From a virus: a stretch of 64,000 nucleotides of DNA. The notes under the pieces were generated by a model that saw nothing but the letters and a program-made list of their open reading frames with translations, ran no database searches and was not told the DNA's origin. The translations under genes were made by a program, and so were the position numbers. Below are positions 1-10,059 of this stretch, one piece after another. Within the stretch, counting starts at the first letter, position 1, and each line of letters starts with the position of its first letter. Location: the IMG/VR virus record IMGVR_UViG_3300045988_136451. One strand, given 5' to 3'.

Positions 1-966
1 CCCTATGTTGTCGAGAACCACGCCGTTGCCGACGTAGATTCCCACATGGCCGTACACGCATCCGGGGTTGCCGGAGTTGTCCCAGCCGTAGCCGAACACG
101 GCTGCTCCGACCTTGACCTTGCTCCAATCCGTCGATGCGCCCCACGCCCGCGCCGCCTCGCGCGCCGAAGACTTGCGGGGTATCTTGATTCCGGCAGCGT
201 CGAACACGTCGTCAACCCACTTCTGGCAGAAGCCGCCCTGCGTGGTTATGCCGTACCTCTCGGAGTTCTTCGCGACCTCGACGATCTTCTTCTGCGCCTC
301 GGTCACGTCGCCGTCGAACACGTCCCCGCCGAGGCCCCCGATGTCCCCCGTCGCCTCCGTGAAGGTAGGCCCCGACACCTGCAACATCGAGTAGATTTGA
401 TTCACCATGTCGGCTCCCTGCGTGTCGGCCAGCCTCGCATCGTACATCGACAGCGCCCACTCGATGACCTCGGTCGGTATCTGGCCCACGCTGATGCGCT
501 CGGCGGGCCAACCGGCGACGCTCATCAGGACGTTGGCTGCGGCGCGCCAGTAGCCGCCGTCCTGATCGGAGCTTTCGGCGCTCTGGAAAGTGACAAGCTC
601 GCGAGACGCGAGAAGGCCGCTGTCCCAGTAAAGGGCCTGCAAGCGCCATAGAACGTCCTTGCCCGTTATGGTGACGGGCTGCGAGTTCAGCATGAACATG
701 GGAACCTTCGTGACGTAGCCCGCTAGGACTTGGTAGCGGTTCGCCTTGGAGAGGTATATGGCTATCGCGTCCATGGGCTTGAACGCCCCGTCGTACTTGC
801 CGCCGACGTTCTGAAGCGTGAGCGAGAACGTGGAGCAGCCGTCGGTGTTCAGCGTCACGGAGAAGTCGGTGATGTCGTCGGTGAGGTCGTAGTACTTGTA
901 GCCGTTCGCCGTCTGCGCCCTCACCTGCGCGCTCACCATCGGCGTGTAGGCGAGTATGGCCGTCAT
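1..966 (-). CDS. Tail-associated protein with C-terminal NlpC/P60-like cysteine peptidase domain (partial, 3' end beyond window start)
   Basis: Open minus-strand frame from ATG at 966..964 to the window edge, absent from the ORF track because no stop lies inside the window. My own translation begins MTAILAYTPMVSAQ. It carries a GGFCQKWV Cys motif and ends GYGWDNSGNPGCVYGHVGIYVGNG, typical of an NlpC/P60 catalytic Cys/His region. The start overlaps the stop of the upstream gene. Confidence 0.55.
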   Translation of the reverse strand, partial: MTAILAYTPMVSAQVRAQTANGYKYYDLTDDITDFSVTLNTDGCSTFSLTLQNVGGKYDGAFKPMDAIAIYLSKANRYQVLAGYVTKVPMFMLNSQPVTITGKDVLWRLQALYWDSGLLASRELVTFQSAESSDQDGGYWRAAANVLMSVAGWPAERISVGQIPTEVIEWALSMYDARLADTQGADMVNQIYSMLQVSGPTFTEATGDIGGLGGDVFDGDVTEAQKKIVEVAKNSERYGITTQGGFCQKWVDDVFDAAGIKIPRKSSAREAARAWGASTDWSKVKVGAAVFGYGWDNSGNPGCVYGHVGIYVGNGVVLDNIG

Positions 967-1475
967 GCCCCGGTCGCCTCCCCACGGAACGCAGCGTCGC
1001 CCTGCGCCTTGATATCGTCCTGCTCAACCTTGTCGGCGGGGATGTCGCCAACGCCTCCGGTGTTCTCGCTCTCGTTGCCCTCCTCGCCCGTCTCGTCCTT
1101 GACGATGACGCACTGGTAGGAGTTCTGATAGACGGAATCGCCGAACTTCACGTCAACCGGGAAGCTGGTGAACGCGATGGAGTAGGACTTCTTTATGACG
1201 GGGATGGACAGCACCATGTGGCTCGGCTTGGTCATCGAGGTGAGGTACATGTGGTACTCGGCTATCCAGCGCGAGAACTCCAAGTACTCCTCCCGGCTCC
1301 TGAACGCGAGGCCGAGCGTTATGTCGCTCTTGCGCCAGTTGCGGGGGTACGCCGTCTGCCCCTGCCGCGCGTACGACGTTGCCGTGAGGCCGAGCGACAT
1401 GCCGAAGGCGAAGTCCTCGACTATGACATCCTTGCTCCTGCCGTTGTACGTCAGCGTCCCGTTGAACGTTCCCAT
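963..1475 (-). CDS. Hypothetical tail/baseplate protein (170 aa)
   Basis: Track ORF, tightly packed in the tail module downstream of the tape measure gene. No recognisable motif. Confidence 0.4.
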   Translation of the reverse strand: MGTFNGTLTYNGRSKDVIVEDFAFGMSLGLTATSYARQGQTAYPRNWRKSDITLGLAFRSREEYLEFSRWIAEYHMYLTSMTKPSHMVLSIPVIKKSYSIAFTSFPVDVKFGDSVYQNSYQCVIVKDETGEEGNESENTGGVGDIPADKVEQDDIKAQGDAAFRGEATGA

Positions 1476-1476
1476 G

Positions 1477-2190
1477 TCAGCTCACCCTGTTGTAGGAGCC
1501 GTCTTCGTTCCACACGTAGCGAACCATCTCCGACGTGCCGCCCGACACTTCGAGGCGCACCACGCCGTCGTCGGTCGTGACCTCTCCCTCGTCGTTCTGC
1601 CTGATCTTCTCGTACTGCTCGTAGAGGCTCGCGCCGTAAGCATCGTAGCTCCCGCTGTTCTCCACGACCTGCTTCAGCGCCTTCAGCATGTCTTCCCAGT
1701 TGTTCGTGTCGGGCGTGTTGTACACGCTGCGCGTCCACCCAACGCCGTCGGGGATGGCGTTGAGCGCGTCGGTCGCCACGATCTCCTTGATGGTGTCGAA
1801 GCCGGTATCGACGAAGAACGTGAGCTGGTAGCTTATGGCCGCGACCTTCGGGCTGTAGCTGAACTTCGACACGTCCTTCAGGAACACCTTCCCGTTCCAT
1901 CCGAGCACCGGGAAGTAGAACGTGACCGGGTTGCCGGTGTCCACGTGGTACTGCATGATGTCGGCCATCTTCTGCTGGAACTCCTCCATGCGCTGGTAGC
2001 GGTTCTCGTTCGTGAGGCCGCGCGCCGAGAGGTAGCCGGTGATGGTGAGGTCGCTGATGTTGCGCGCGATGATCTGGACGACGGTGCCGCCCTTCGTCTG
2101 AATCTTGTTCGTCTTCAGCTCGTAGCCCCATTTCGCCGTGCTGGGGTCGATGCCGAACGCGTAGTTGCCGAGCCTCGCCGTAGCCATCAC
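1477..2190 (-). CDS. Hypothetical distal tail protein (237 aa)
   Basis: Track ORF directly downstream of the tape measure gene with a 4-nt overlap. This position is typical for distal tail or baseplate hub proteins. Confidence 0.4.
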   Translation of the reverse strand: MMATARLGNYAFGIDPSTAKWGYELKTNKIQTKGGTVVQIIARNISDLTITGYLSARGLTNENRYQRMEEFQQKMADIMQYHVDTGNPVTFYFPVLGWNGKVFLKDVSKFSYSPKVAAISYQLTFFVDTGFDTIKEIVATDALNAIPDGVGWTRSVYNTPDTNNWEDMLKALKQVVENSGSYDAYGASLYEQYEKIRQNDEGEVTTDDGVVRLEVSGGTSEMVRYVWNEDGSYNRVS

Positions 2191-4397
2191 ATGCCCCCGT
2201 TGTCCGACTGCATCTGCTCGCGCCCGTTCTCGACCATGATGGCGAGCACCTTTTCAGCGTCGTCCTGCCACCTCACGGTCAGCGCCACGGGCGTTTCTCC
2301 CGTGTCGGAATCGGAGTAGCCGTACCACGCGCCCTTGTCCTGCCAGTCGAACTTGCCCGACAGGAACGACGCAGCGCCCGTCTGGTTGCCGAGCCAGTCC
2401 TTGCCGTACTCGCCGTAAGACCACGCGGTGTCGCTGAACATGCGGGCCATGCCCTCGTCGGTCATCCCGGCCATGTCCTCTGCGGTCACTTCGCCGGAAA
2501 GCTCCATGGCCTGCATGAAGATGGCCTTCTCGTCGTCCGACAGGCTCGCGTAGTCCTTCGACAGGATGTCCTTCAGAACCGCGTCGCCCTTCTTGTCGCC
2601 CATGCTAAGGCCGCTCACGTAGTTGGACATCCCGCTGACCTCGATGATGCCCGCCTCGGAGTACGTGTTGATGCTCGATGCCTCGGTGCTTCCGCCAAGC
2701 TCCTTCGCACGTTCGAGCATGGAGTTCACGCCGTCGCCGCCCACCGATTCCTGCTGGGCGCGGTTCGCGCCGCCCACGAGAACGTCGGACAGCATGTCGA
2801 ACACCCCGTCGGGGTCTTCTATGAGGCTCATTGGAAGCTGCTTCATGCCGAACAGGGACGCGAGCTGCTGCTGCACGCTTATCTGCTTCGCCATGCCGTC
2901 GATGCCGAGGCCGCTTGCGCTCTTCAGCTCGCCCACCACGCTGTTGAACTTGTCCCGGTCGCCGCTCATGACCGCGCCGATGAGCGCTTCCACGTCGCCG
3001 CCCTTCGTCTGCGCGGCGTACCCGACCGTCTGCTGTATGGCGGCTGCGTACGCCTGACCGGTGTCCATGCCCTGCGCGATGTTCTGCGACACGTTGTTCT
3101 GGAACATGGGGTTGCTCCCGTACGCGCTTATGAAGCCGTTGGCGGCGCTGTAGGTGTTGCCGCTCGCGTCGCCGAAGAAGCGGGTGAGGTCAACGCCGAC
3201 CTCCTGCGCCTCGACCGACGAGCCGGTAAGCCCCTCCATGGTCTTCGCGAAGCCCTCCTGCTGCTCCTGTATGGACGACAGGGACGCGCCCGTGCTCTCC
3301 GCCACCTGCGCGAGCGTGTCGAACTTCTCGTTCAGGTAATCGACGCTCTTGCCGCCCTTCACGACGGCCTTCACGTACTCGTCGGTCGCCTTCGAGGCGG
3401 ACAGGCCGCGCTCCTGCGTCGCGTTCACGACCCAATCGTATCCCTGTCCGTACGTCTCGCTGCCGTAGGTCGCGCCGCCCGACATGAGGCCCTGCTGAAT
3501 CGTCTGCACGTCCTTGTCCGAGAGGTTGGTCGTGAACTCCGTGAGCTTCGACTGGATGCCCTGCTCCACGCCGACGTTGAGGTTGCCGGTGCCGCCGGTC
3601 GCCTCCAACGAGGCGTTCTTCAGACCTTGGAACTGGTCGATGCCGCTCTCCACGAGGTTGAGACCCGCAACGGCGGTGCCGAGCACCGCGCCCACGGGGC
3701 CGAGGAACTTCAGCACGCCGCCCGCCTTTGAAAGGACGTTGGCGATGGTGCCCATGCCGCGCGTGCCGCCAGCCCCCAGAGCGCCTATGACGGACGTAGC
3801 GCCCTGCGCGACCTCCGCTGCGGTTCCCGCGCCCTGCATGACGCGATCTGCCGTGCTAGGCCCTTCATAGCTCTCCACAAGCCTATCGAAGGAGCTTTGC
3901 TGCGCAGACGCGCTGCCCTGACGCACGACGTTCGAGTACAGCTTGTCCATGAACTCGTCGTCGCGCGCCCGCATGTCCTCCGCCATCTGTCGGCGGTCGT
4001 CGTCGAGGGCGCGTATGAACTCATCGACCTTCTTGGTTCGCTCCGCCTGCTCCTTGTCGATCTTCTCCTGAAGACTGGCGAACGTCTCCCTCGTCTCGCG
4101 AGCGGCATCCGTCTGCTCCTCAACCGCCTTGGTGAGTTCGGGGGTTTCGAGAACCATGGCCGCGCCGGTGCCGTTGCCGTCGATGCCGACGCTGCCGCCT
4201 AGGTCGCGTATCTCCTCGATGTAGTCTTGGAACACCCCTATCTGCTTGGTCATCTTATCGACCTCGGAGACGAGGGAGGTTGCCGCCTCCTCGACAACGC
4301 TCTTCGACGCGTCGGCGCGCTGCACCAGCTCGCCCATGCGCTGCGCAACGTCCGTGGAGGACGTTACGGGCCTGCGTACCACGTTGTCTTCGGCCAT
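2187..4397 (-). CDS. Tail tape measure protein (736 aa)
   Basis: Long Gly/Ala/Ser-rich protein with coiled-coil-like segments (EEQTDAARETRETFASLQEKIDKEQAERTKK). It follows the G/GT chaperone pair and precedes the distal tail genes, the canonical tape-measure position. Confidence 0.7.
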   Translation of the reverse strand: MAEDNVVRRPVTSSTDVAQRMGELVQRADASKSVVEEAATSLVSEVDKMTKQIGVFQDYIEEIRDLGGSVGIDGNGTGAAMVLETPELTKAVEEQTDAARETRETFASLQEKIDKEQAERTKKVDEFIRALDDDRRQMAEDMRARDDEFMDKLYSNVVRQGSASAQQSSFDRLVESYEGPSTADRVMQGAGTAAEVAQGATSVIGALGAGGTRGMGTIANVLSKAGGVLKFLGPVGAVLGTAVAGLNLVESGIDQFQGLKNASLEATGGTGNLNVGVEQGIQSKLTEFTTNLSDKDVQTIQQGLMSGGATYGSETYGQGYDWVVNATQERGLSASKATDEYVKAVVKGGKSVDYLNEKFDTLAQVAESTGASLSSIQEQQEGFAKTMEGLTGSSVEAQEVGVDLTRFFGDASGNTYSAANGFISAYGSNPMFQNNVSQNIAQGMDTGQAYAAAIQQTVGYAAQTKGGDVEALIGAVMSGDRDKFNSVVGELKSASGLGIDGMAKQISVQQQLASLFGMKQLPMSLIEDPDGVFDMLSDVLVGGANRAQQESVGGDGVNSMLERAKELGGSTEASSINTYSEAGIIEVSGMSNYVSGLSMGDKKGDAVLKDILSKDYASLSDDEKAIFMQAMELSGEVTAEDMAGMTDEGMARMFSDTAWSYGEYGKDWLGNQTGAASFLSGKFDWQDKGAWYGYSDSDTGETPVALTVRWQDDAEKVLAIMVENGREQMQSDNGGM

Positions 4398-4398
4398 G

Positions 4399-5135
4399 CT
4401 ACACTCCCTGCTGCTCCATCATCCGCATAAGGCCCTCCATGGTGTCGGACGTGATGCACACGTCGTCCGCCTCCTGCGACTTGCGCCATTGGCGCATCTC
4501 AATCGACTTCTGGTAGCTGTCCGGGTGCTCGTAGGAAAGCCAGAAGTCCTTGTCCTCCCTATTATCGAGGAGTTCGCGCGCCCGTTCAAGACGCTTGGCG
4601 ATGTCGAGCGCCGTGATCTGCACGACGTTCAGGTCTCCTTCGAGCATCCGCCGATGATAGGCCTGCTGGCACTGCGAGAAGGCGAGCGCGACACCTCGCG
4701 GCAGCTCGTCCTCGCTGCCAGTCAGGCCGATTATTTTTTTAGCGCGCCCGCCACCTCGGCGCACGACCTGCTCATGGCCTTGTACTCGTCGTAAAGGAAC
4801 TCGACGACCGTGGCGTACCAGTTCTTCATCTGCTCCGCCTTGGTCGCGATGGGGTCTACCTCCGGCTGTATGCCGCCGAGCATCGACTGGCCGTCAACGC
4901 TCTGCACCGCCGCCGCGACGGTGTAGAGCTTCAGAGCGCTTATCTCGTTGCGGCAACCCACGTACTCGCGCGTGAGCTGCCCCACGCGCAGCTCCTCGCC
5001 CTGCGTGAGCGTCTTCAGCGCGATCTTGTGCCCCGCGTACTCAACGGTCTTCGTCATGGCCCCGACGTAAAGCAGCCCTAGGAAGGGCTGCTTGTATTCT
5101 TCGGGGAAGACCTCGCCGATAGCTTTCTCGGCCAT
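4399..5135 (-). CDS. Tail assembly chaperone G-T fusion produced by programmed -1 frameshift at A7 (slip site 4734..4740)
   Basis: The G frame ends CTA AAA AAA TAA. The -1 frame reads GCT AAA AAA ATA ATC and continues as the 121-aa track ORF 4399..4764 (RAKKIIGLTGSEDE...). This overlap is the conserved dsDNA-phage G/GT arrangement. Confidence 0.5.
4731..5135 (-). CDS. Tail assembly chaperone (G-like, 134 aa)
   Basis: Start adjusted to MAEKAIGEV at 5135, preceded by a GGGAGGA ribosome-binding site. The listed upstream extension is Arg/His-rich shadow sequence. The gene lies between tail tube and tape measure genes and ends in an A7 slippery run. Confidence 0.55.
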   Translation of the reverse strand: MAEKAIGEVFPEEYKQPFLGLLYVGAMTKTVEYAGHKIALKTLTQGEELRVGQLTREYVGCRNEISALKLYTVAAAVQSVDGQSMLGGIQPEVDPIATKAEQMKNWYATVVEFLYDEYKAMSRSCAEVAGALKK

Positions 5136-5155
5136 TGTTCGTCCTCCCTGTCGCG

Positions 5156-5731
5156 TTAGTATGTGATGCCGCCTGCGGTGTCGCGCTCGGCGACGGTGAG
5201 CGTCTGCACGAGGCGGCGGGTGTACTTGATCTCGATGTCCACGGTCATCTCCATGGTGCGGCTCTCGAACGTCTCCGGCTGGATGCAGTTCGTGATGACC
5301 GCGCCTTCGTAGGTGATGACCCTCCAAAGGTTGTCGCTCGCGCCGCTACCGGCCCGCTCGAACTTCTTCACGAGGATGCGGTTGCCCGCCTTGCGCTGCG
5401 CCTCGAACACCTCGTAGATGTTCACGAGGCGGTTGGCCTCCGTGGGGCCGCCGAGCACGTTGGTGTTCTCCAACGCCGTCGCGATGCCCTCCTTTCCCCA
5501 GAGCTGCCATACGCGGCAGCGGATGGTGCCGGAGCCTTGCACGACGGGCGGAACGATCTCGACGGGGCAGAACGAGCCTACCGGGATGATGTCAACGGCG
5601 CTCGTGACGGCGGTGCCGGGGGTGTCGGTCGCCTGCGCCATGAAGCGCATGGGCTTGGTGGAACCCCCTTCGTCGCCGATGGCGATGAACGTGTTGCCGC
5701 CGCCTGCGACGCGTACTTGGGAATCAGGCAT
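5156..5731 (-). CDS. Tail tube protein (191 aa)
   Basis: Sits immediately downstream of the sheath-like gene and upstream of the chaperones. Its size fits a tube protein. Confidence 0.5.
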   Translation of the reverse strand: MPDSQVRVAGGGNTFIAIGDEGGSTKPMRFMAQATDTPGTAVTSAVDIIPVGSFCPVEIVPPVVQGSGTIRCRVWQLWGKEGIATALENTNVLGGPTEANRLVNIYEVFEAQRKAGNRILVKKFERAGSGASDNLWRVITYEGAVITNCIQPETFESRTMEMTVDIEIKYTRRLVQTLTVAERDTAGGITY

Positions 5732-5744
5732 TTCTCACTCCTTC

Positions 5745-7676
5745 CTAGACTGCGGTGGTGCCGTTGATGGAGAACTTGATGTAGATGCGGTTGATGCCGT
5801 AGGTCGGCGTGTACCCCAAGCTGATGTTCACCTGCGTGGGGTCGGTCGCATCCTGCTCCACCGACGGGTCGGTGTACTCGGTCAGGTACCCGTCGGTCTG
5901 CATGCGCGACAGGAGCGCGGCGGTGCTGGACTTGATGTCGAGGAGCACCTGCGCGGTGGCGACAGAGCCGATGAAGCCCGACGCGAACGCGCGGCGCAGC
6001 GACTTCACGATGTAGAGCTTGCACATCTGGATGTTCAGCTCGCGCTTGACGACGGACGCGGTGGACGTGGTGATTCCTTGGATGACCGTCATGGCCGCGT
6101 TGATGTAGTCGATGAACAGAAGGCCGTTGTTCACTTGGTTCGTCTTGACCGTGGTGGTGAACGTCTCGTTCGGGCCGTACAGCCCGAGCACCTTCTTGTG
6201 CGTGAGCGGGTTGTACTGCGCCATGGATGACGCGAGACCGGCGACCGCCGCCGCGCCGTAGAAACCGGCGATTGCCTCGACCACGTTGGTCTGGCGGTTG
6301 CGGAACTGGAACGTCGCGGGCGAGACCAGCACGCAGTCCTCGCTCGCGATGGACTTCGCGTAGGCGATCATCTGGTCGGAGGTCACGGCCTCCTCGGTTC
6401 CGTCAGCGCCCATGAACGCTATGCGCTCGTCCGCGTTCTCCTTCATGGTGCGGATGTGCGCCTGCGCGGCGTTCCACACCTCCGGTGAGCCGGACACGGG
6501 GACAACGATGTCGATTCCCGAGACCTTGGTAAGCTGCTCGAACGCGTCCTCGAACGACTGGACGGTGTAGGTCGCGGCGCTGCCGCCCTGCGTGGCCGGG
6601 TTGCACGCAGCCGCGTAGAAGCCCGACAGGCCGCACAGCGACGCGATGTAGATCGCGAGGGACAGCGGGGACTGCACGTTGCCCGCAGCGTCCCACGGCA
6701 CGCCGTACACGTCGATGCACTCGTTGTAGGACGCGAAGTACTGCGGTGCGGTGTAAGCGTCCCCCTTGTAGTTGTACGAAACGACAACGCGGTCGCCGCT
6801 GCGGATGCCGCAATAGGCGTACGCGGCGTACATGTAGTTGCCCTTCGATTCGTCGAACGTCGGGATGCGGCTCGACGGCGTGCGCGATATGCGCCCCGTC
6901 TGGTAGTCCACAACGAAGTCGATGCCCTCGACGTATCCGCCCTCGACCTGACCGCTGCCGTTGCCGTCCGGAGTGTCGCCGTAGGCGTTGCCGTCGGTCG
7001 CGCTGGACACGATGACCACGGTGCTCTCGCCCGATTCGTCCTTCGACACGTAGGGATGGGAGAGCGTGTAGGCCGCCTCGCCGTTGAGCTGGACAGGCTC
7101 CGCCGTCGCCCAGTCGAACGATATGGACAGCTTGGTGTTGTTCGCCAGCGCCCCGCCGATCTTGGACGAGAACGTGCCCGTCTGGTAGTTGATGATGTAG
7201 TCGGTTCCCTCCACGTAGTTCTTCGACTTGTCGTCCTTGACCACGACCGTACCGGCGATGACGAAGCCCTCGATGGGGTTGTTCTCGCCGTCGAAGAGGA
7301 TGGAGAAGCTGGGCTGCGCGGAGAAATAGGTGTACTGCTTCTCCGTCACGGTATTCTTCGTGGTTGTGCTGCGCAGCAGCTTTCGCGCGATTGTCGCCTT
7401 CTGGTCTGCGCCCTGCACGACGGTGTAGTCCTGCTCGTTCACGAACTGAACGCCGCTGGACGCACTTGTGACGGTGTAGCTGTCGGCTATAACGCCCGCG
7501 TTGTTCAGCGGCACAGCGGTCACGCCTTCGAGCGTGATCTGCTGCGTGGCCGTGCGGAAGCCGATTGCGGGGCCGACGAAAGCGACCACGGCGTTCCCAC
7601 CCACTGTGGTATTCAGACGGGGGCCTTCTACTTCCTCCGTGTAGATACCCGGCAGCGAGTTGTTCAAATCAGCCAT
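5745..7676 (-). CDS. Tail sheath protein (about 643 aa)
   Basis: Start adjusted to MADLNNSLPGIYTEEV at 7676, with a GGAGAG ribosome-binding site. A large protein directly upstream of the tube gene implies a contractile tail. Confidence 0.55.
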   Translation of the reverse strand: MADLNNSLPGIYTEEVEGPRLNTTVGGNAVVAFVGPAIGFRTATQQITLEGVTAVPLNNAGVIADSYTVTSASSGVQFVNEQDYTVVQGADQKATIARKLLRSTTTKNTVTEKQYTYFSAQPSFSILFDGENNPIEGFVIAGTVVVKDDKSKNYVEGTDYIINYQTGTFSSKIGGALANNTKLSISFDWATAEPVQLNGEAAYTLSHPYVSKDESGESTVVIVSSATDGNAYGDTPDGNGSGQVEGGYVEGIDFVVDYQTGRISRTPSSRIPTFDESKGNYMYAAYAYCGIRSGDRVVVSYNYKGDAYTAPQYFASYNECIDVYGVPWDAAGNVQSPLSLAIYIASLCGLSGFYAAACNPATQGGSAATYTVQSFEDAFEQLTKVSGIDIVVPVSGSPEVWNAAQAHIRTMKENADERIAFMGADGTEEAVTSDQMIAYAKSIASEDCVLVSPATFQFRNRQTNVVEAIAGFYGAAAVAGLASSMAQYNPLTHKKVLGLYGPNETFTTTVKTNQVNNGLLFIDYINAAMTVIQGITTSTASVVKRELNIQMCKLYIVKSLRRAFASGFIGSVATAQVLLDIKSSTAALLSRMQTDGYLTEYTDPSVEQDATDPTQVNISLGYTPTYGINRIYIKFSINGTTAV

Positions 7677-7750
7677 GGGTACTCTCCTTCGATTGCTCGA
7701 CATTGACAATGACCCCATTTTAGACGAGAAAGATGCCCTCCGCCATGCCC

Positions 7751-8440
7751 TTAGATCGCAGGCTCGACGAACATGCCCTCCTCCGCCTGCTTCTCGCCCG
7801 TGATTATCACGTCAAGCTCGTCGGCGTCTATCATGAGATGCAGCTTGATCTTCTCGATGAACGTGGGGTTCACGCGGTCGATGTAGTAGAACTCGCCGCG
7901 CACCTTGAACGAGAACTGCTTGAACACCGTCACCAAGTCGTCGTCCCACGGAGTGCCCTTGCTGTCGTTGTTCGTCGTGTTCGATAGCGTCGCCATGTTA
8001 GGCTCTATGTTCACGTACGGGTTGTCCCGCAGGCACTGGCGGTACTTCGGGTCGATTCCGATTCCGCTCACGATGCAGTCGGCGAGGATGGCACCCTCGA
8101 CGGGGGAGTTCGCGTACACGTCGATGGTCACCCTGCCGCTGAAAACGTAGGCCGCAACGTCAACCCTGCCGCCGGTGCTCTTGTCGGTCACCATGACCCA
8201 CTCGTTCGGGGCGGCTGGCTGGAAGTCCTCGTTCACGTATCCCACGCGGACGTAGGGCCACGCCTCGGCCACGATGGGGTAGTCCGATTCGACCTTCAGG
8301 TCTTTGTAGCCGTGGACGGCGACCATCTCGGGAGATTGCAGGAACTTCCTGATGCTGTCGGTCGCAGCCGTAAGGCAGCTGTAGAAGTACCCCACGTGCT
8401 TCGGCTCGTGCCATACCATGTGCCCGTCGTTACTCATCAA
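7751..8440 (-). CDS. Hypothetical neck/tail-completion protein (229 aa)
   Basis: Track ORF between neck genes and the sheath gene. Confidence 0.3.
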   Translation of the reverse strand: MMSNDGHMVWHEPKHVGYFYSCLTAATDSIRKFLQSPEMVAVHGYKDLKVESDYPIVAEAWPYVRVGYVNEDFQPAAPNEWVMVTDKSTGGRVDVAAYVFSGRVTIDVYANSPVEGAILADCIVSGIGIDPKYRQCLRDNPYVNIEPNMATLSNTTNNDSKGTPWDDDLVTVFKQFSFKVRGEFYYIDRVNPTFIEKIKLHLMIDADELDVIITGEKQAEEGMFVEPAI

Positions 8441-10049
8441 TCCACTCCATCATCCCGCCGACGAAGGCGTAGTCTATGTCCTCGCTGTGCATCGCTATCG
8501 CGTCGTCTATCGCGTCGGCGATGAACTGCACGGGGCCGTGGCCCGGATGCACCCAGCTCCTCGATTGGCGCGTCTCCGGCATAAGCTCGCCGTCCTGACC
8601 GCGCACCCAGTACGTCTTCTCGCCCTTGCGCCACTGGTTGATGTTCGTCACCTTGCGGAACACGAGCTGGCCGCCGATCACCATGGGGACGGTGTTGTGC
8701 GTGACTATGTAATCGTTCGTGACGTACAACCCGTCCGCACTATCGACGAGGATGCAACGGCACTCCTCGCGTCCGGAAAAGGAAACGCTCTTGAATCTCC
8801 TGCACCAACACTTTGCGCTCTGATGCGCAACGTTGTCAAGATAGCGCTTCAGCTTCTTTTCGTAAGGGGCGAGGAACGGCACAACGCCGTTGTCGAACCT
8901 CATCTCGACGATGTACGCCACACCGTTTCGATATTTGCCGCTGCGCCTGTCCTCGTGAATATACGCATGGCCTCCGAGCGAAAGCGCTAGGCTCCGCACC
9001 TGCACCGCGAGGTCGCGGCACACCGTGGTGTACTGGCATATCGCACCGCGAGCGGCGCACGAGCCGTCCGTGTCCATGAGGCCCTGCAATAGAAGGACGC
9101 GATCTTCGACGCACGAAAGCATGTACTCTTCTGGGATGGTCTTGCCGTATGCGTCATGCCCCCATAGTCCGAGCGACCTGAACGCATCTATGAGCGGCGA
9201 TGTCGAATTGCCGCCGCGCCCCCAACGCGACGGCGCGGCATTGTAGCCGGGAGCGCCGCACGCCAACGCTATTCTAGCTCCATCTTCAGCGACCGCATGG
9301 GGGGTGACGCACTCCGGCACGAACCTCATGAACGTGTCGATGCCAGCCCCGTCATAACAGCAGAAGTACGGATACGGCCCCCGGAGGCATCCATCGCCTA
9401 TCATCGCTCCGACAAAATATGGATGCAATGGAAGATCGCGCTTGTCGAACATGATCTTCGGGGCAAGACGGATGCGCCAGCTATCGCCGTGCGTCCTCCC
9501 TATCCTTCCCATGAAGTCTTCTAACGGCATCACCCGATCATCGACCCATGCCCCGTTGCGCCTGACAGACCATAAGTGCTCTTTCGTGCATCTTGTATGG
9601 CCGCCGTCCGTGAACTCGACATCGTAAACGTCGCACATGCCCTGATCGTAAACATCGATCACCTTCACAGGCGCTCCGTCCGAGCCGATGACCAAGCATC
9701 CCGGCTCTATCTCCCCCATCGGCTTGAAGCCGTCGGGCGTGAGCACCGGCTCCGAGAGCGGCTGCGCCTTCCCGTACAGGCTCTTCATCGGGAACGTCTG
9801 GAAGCCGTTCTCTTGGTAGATGAGGTAGTGGTGCTCCGGCACGATGCCGACACCCGCGTAGCCAGCCGCGTAGTCGGGCGACGGGTAGAACGCCATCCTG
9901 CCGCCCTTGAACGTGGCGAATATGCCGCTTCCGTACTCCGCCGCGAGGTCGCATGCGGTCTCCGAAACCATGTCGAGCACGCGGTTCGCCAGACTTGTCC
10001 CGGTTAGGGGCATGTCGGCGTAAACGTCCTCGATCACTCGCTCGTCCAC
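8430..10049 (-). CDS. Neck/head-tail joining protein (about 204 aa of flanking host sequence) interrupted by an intein
   Basis: The flanking host sequence is 117 aa before and 87 aa after the intein. Block A at the intein N-terminus reads CLVIGSDGAPVKVIDV. LAGLIDADG motifs FVGAMIGDGCL and LLQGLMDTDGSC are present. The C-terminal junction is VTHN followed by T. Confidence 0.5.
   Translation of the reverse strand: MDERVIEDVYADMPLTGTSLANRVLDMVSETACDLAAEYGSGIFATFKGGRMAFYPSPDYAAGYAGVGIVPEHHYLIYQENGFQTFPMKSLYGKAQPLSEPVLTPDGFKPMGEIEPGCLVIGSDGAPVKVIDVYDQGMCDVYDVEFTDGGHTRCTKEHLWSVRRNGAWVDDRVMPLEDFMGRIGRTHGDSWRIRLAPKIMFDKRDLPLHPYFVGAMIGDGCLRGPYPYFCCYDGAGIDTFMRFVPECVTPHAVAEDGARIALACGAPGYNAAPSRWGRGGNSTSPLIDAFRSLGLWGHDAYGKTIPEEYMLSCVEDRVLLLQGLMDTDGSCAARGAICQYTTVCRDLAVQVRSLALSLGGHAYIHEDRRSGKYRNGVAYIVEMRFDNGVVPFLAPYEKKLKRYLDNVAHQSAKCWCRRFKSVSFSGREECRCILVDSADGLYVTNDYIVTHNTVPMVIGGQLVFRKVTNINQWRKGEKTYWVRGQDGELMPETRQSRSWVHPGHGPVQFIADAIDDAIAMHSEDIDYAFVGGMMEWIDE
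8694..9698 (-). mobile_element. Intein with LAGLIDADG homing endonuclease (about 335 aa) in the neck protein gene
   Basis: Hint N-terminal block, two LAGLIDADG motifs, and a C-terminal HN followed by Thr at the +1 position. Boundaries were placed by residue counting and are approximate. Confidence 0.5.
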
Positions 10050-10059
10050 GGGGAGCCTC

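Noticed and set aside
212-2319. Arg/His/Pro-rich ORFs overlapping real genes (for example 212..1051, 1195..2319, 1451..2131, 15068..16117)
   Set aside because: Alternative-frame artefacts of high-GC coding DNA. They overlap better-supported genes that have ribosome-binding sites and sensible composition.
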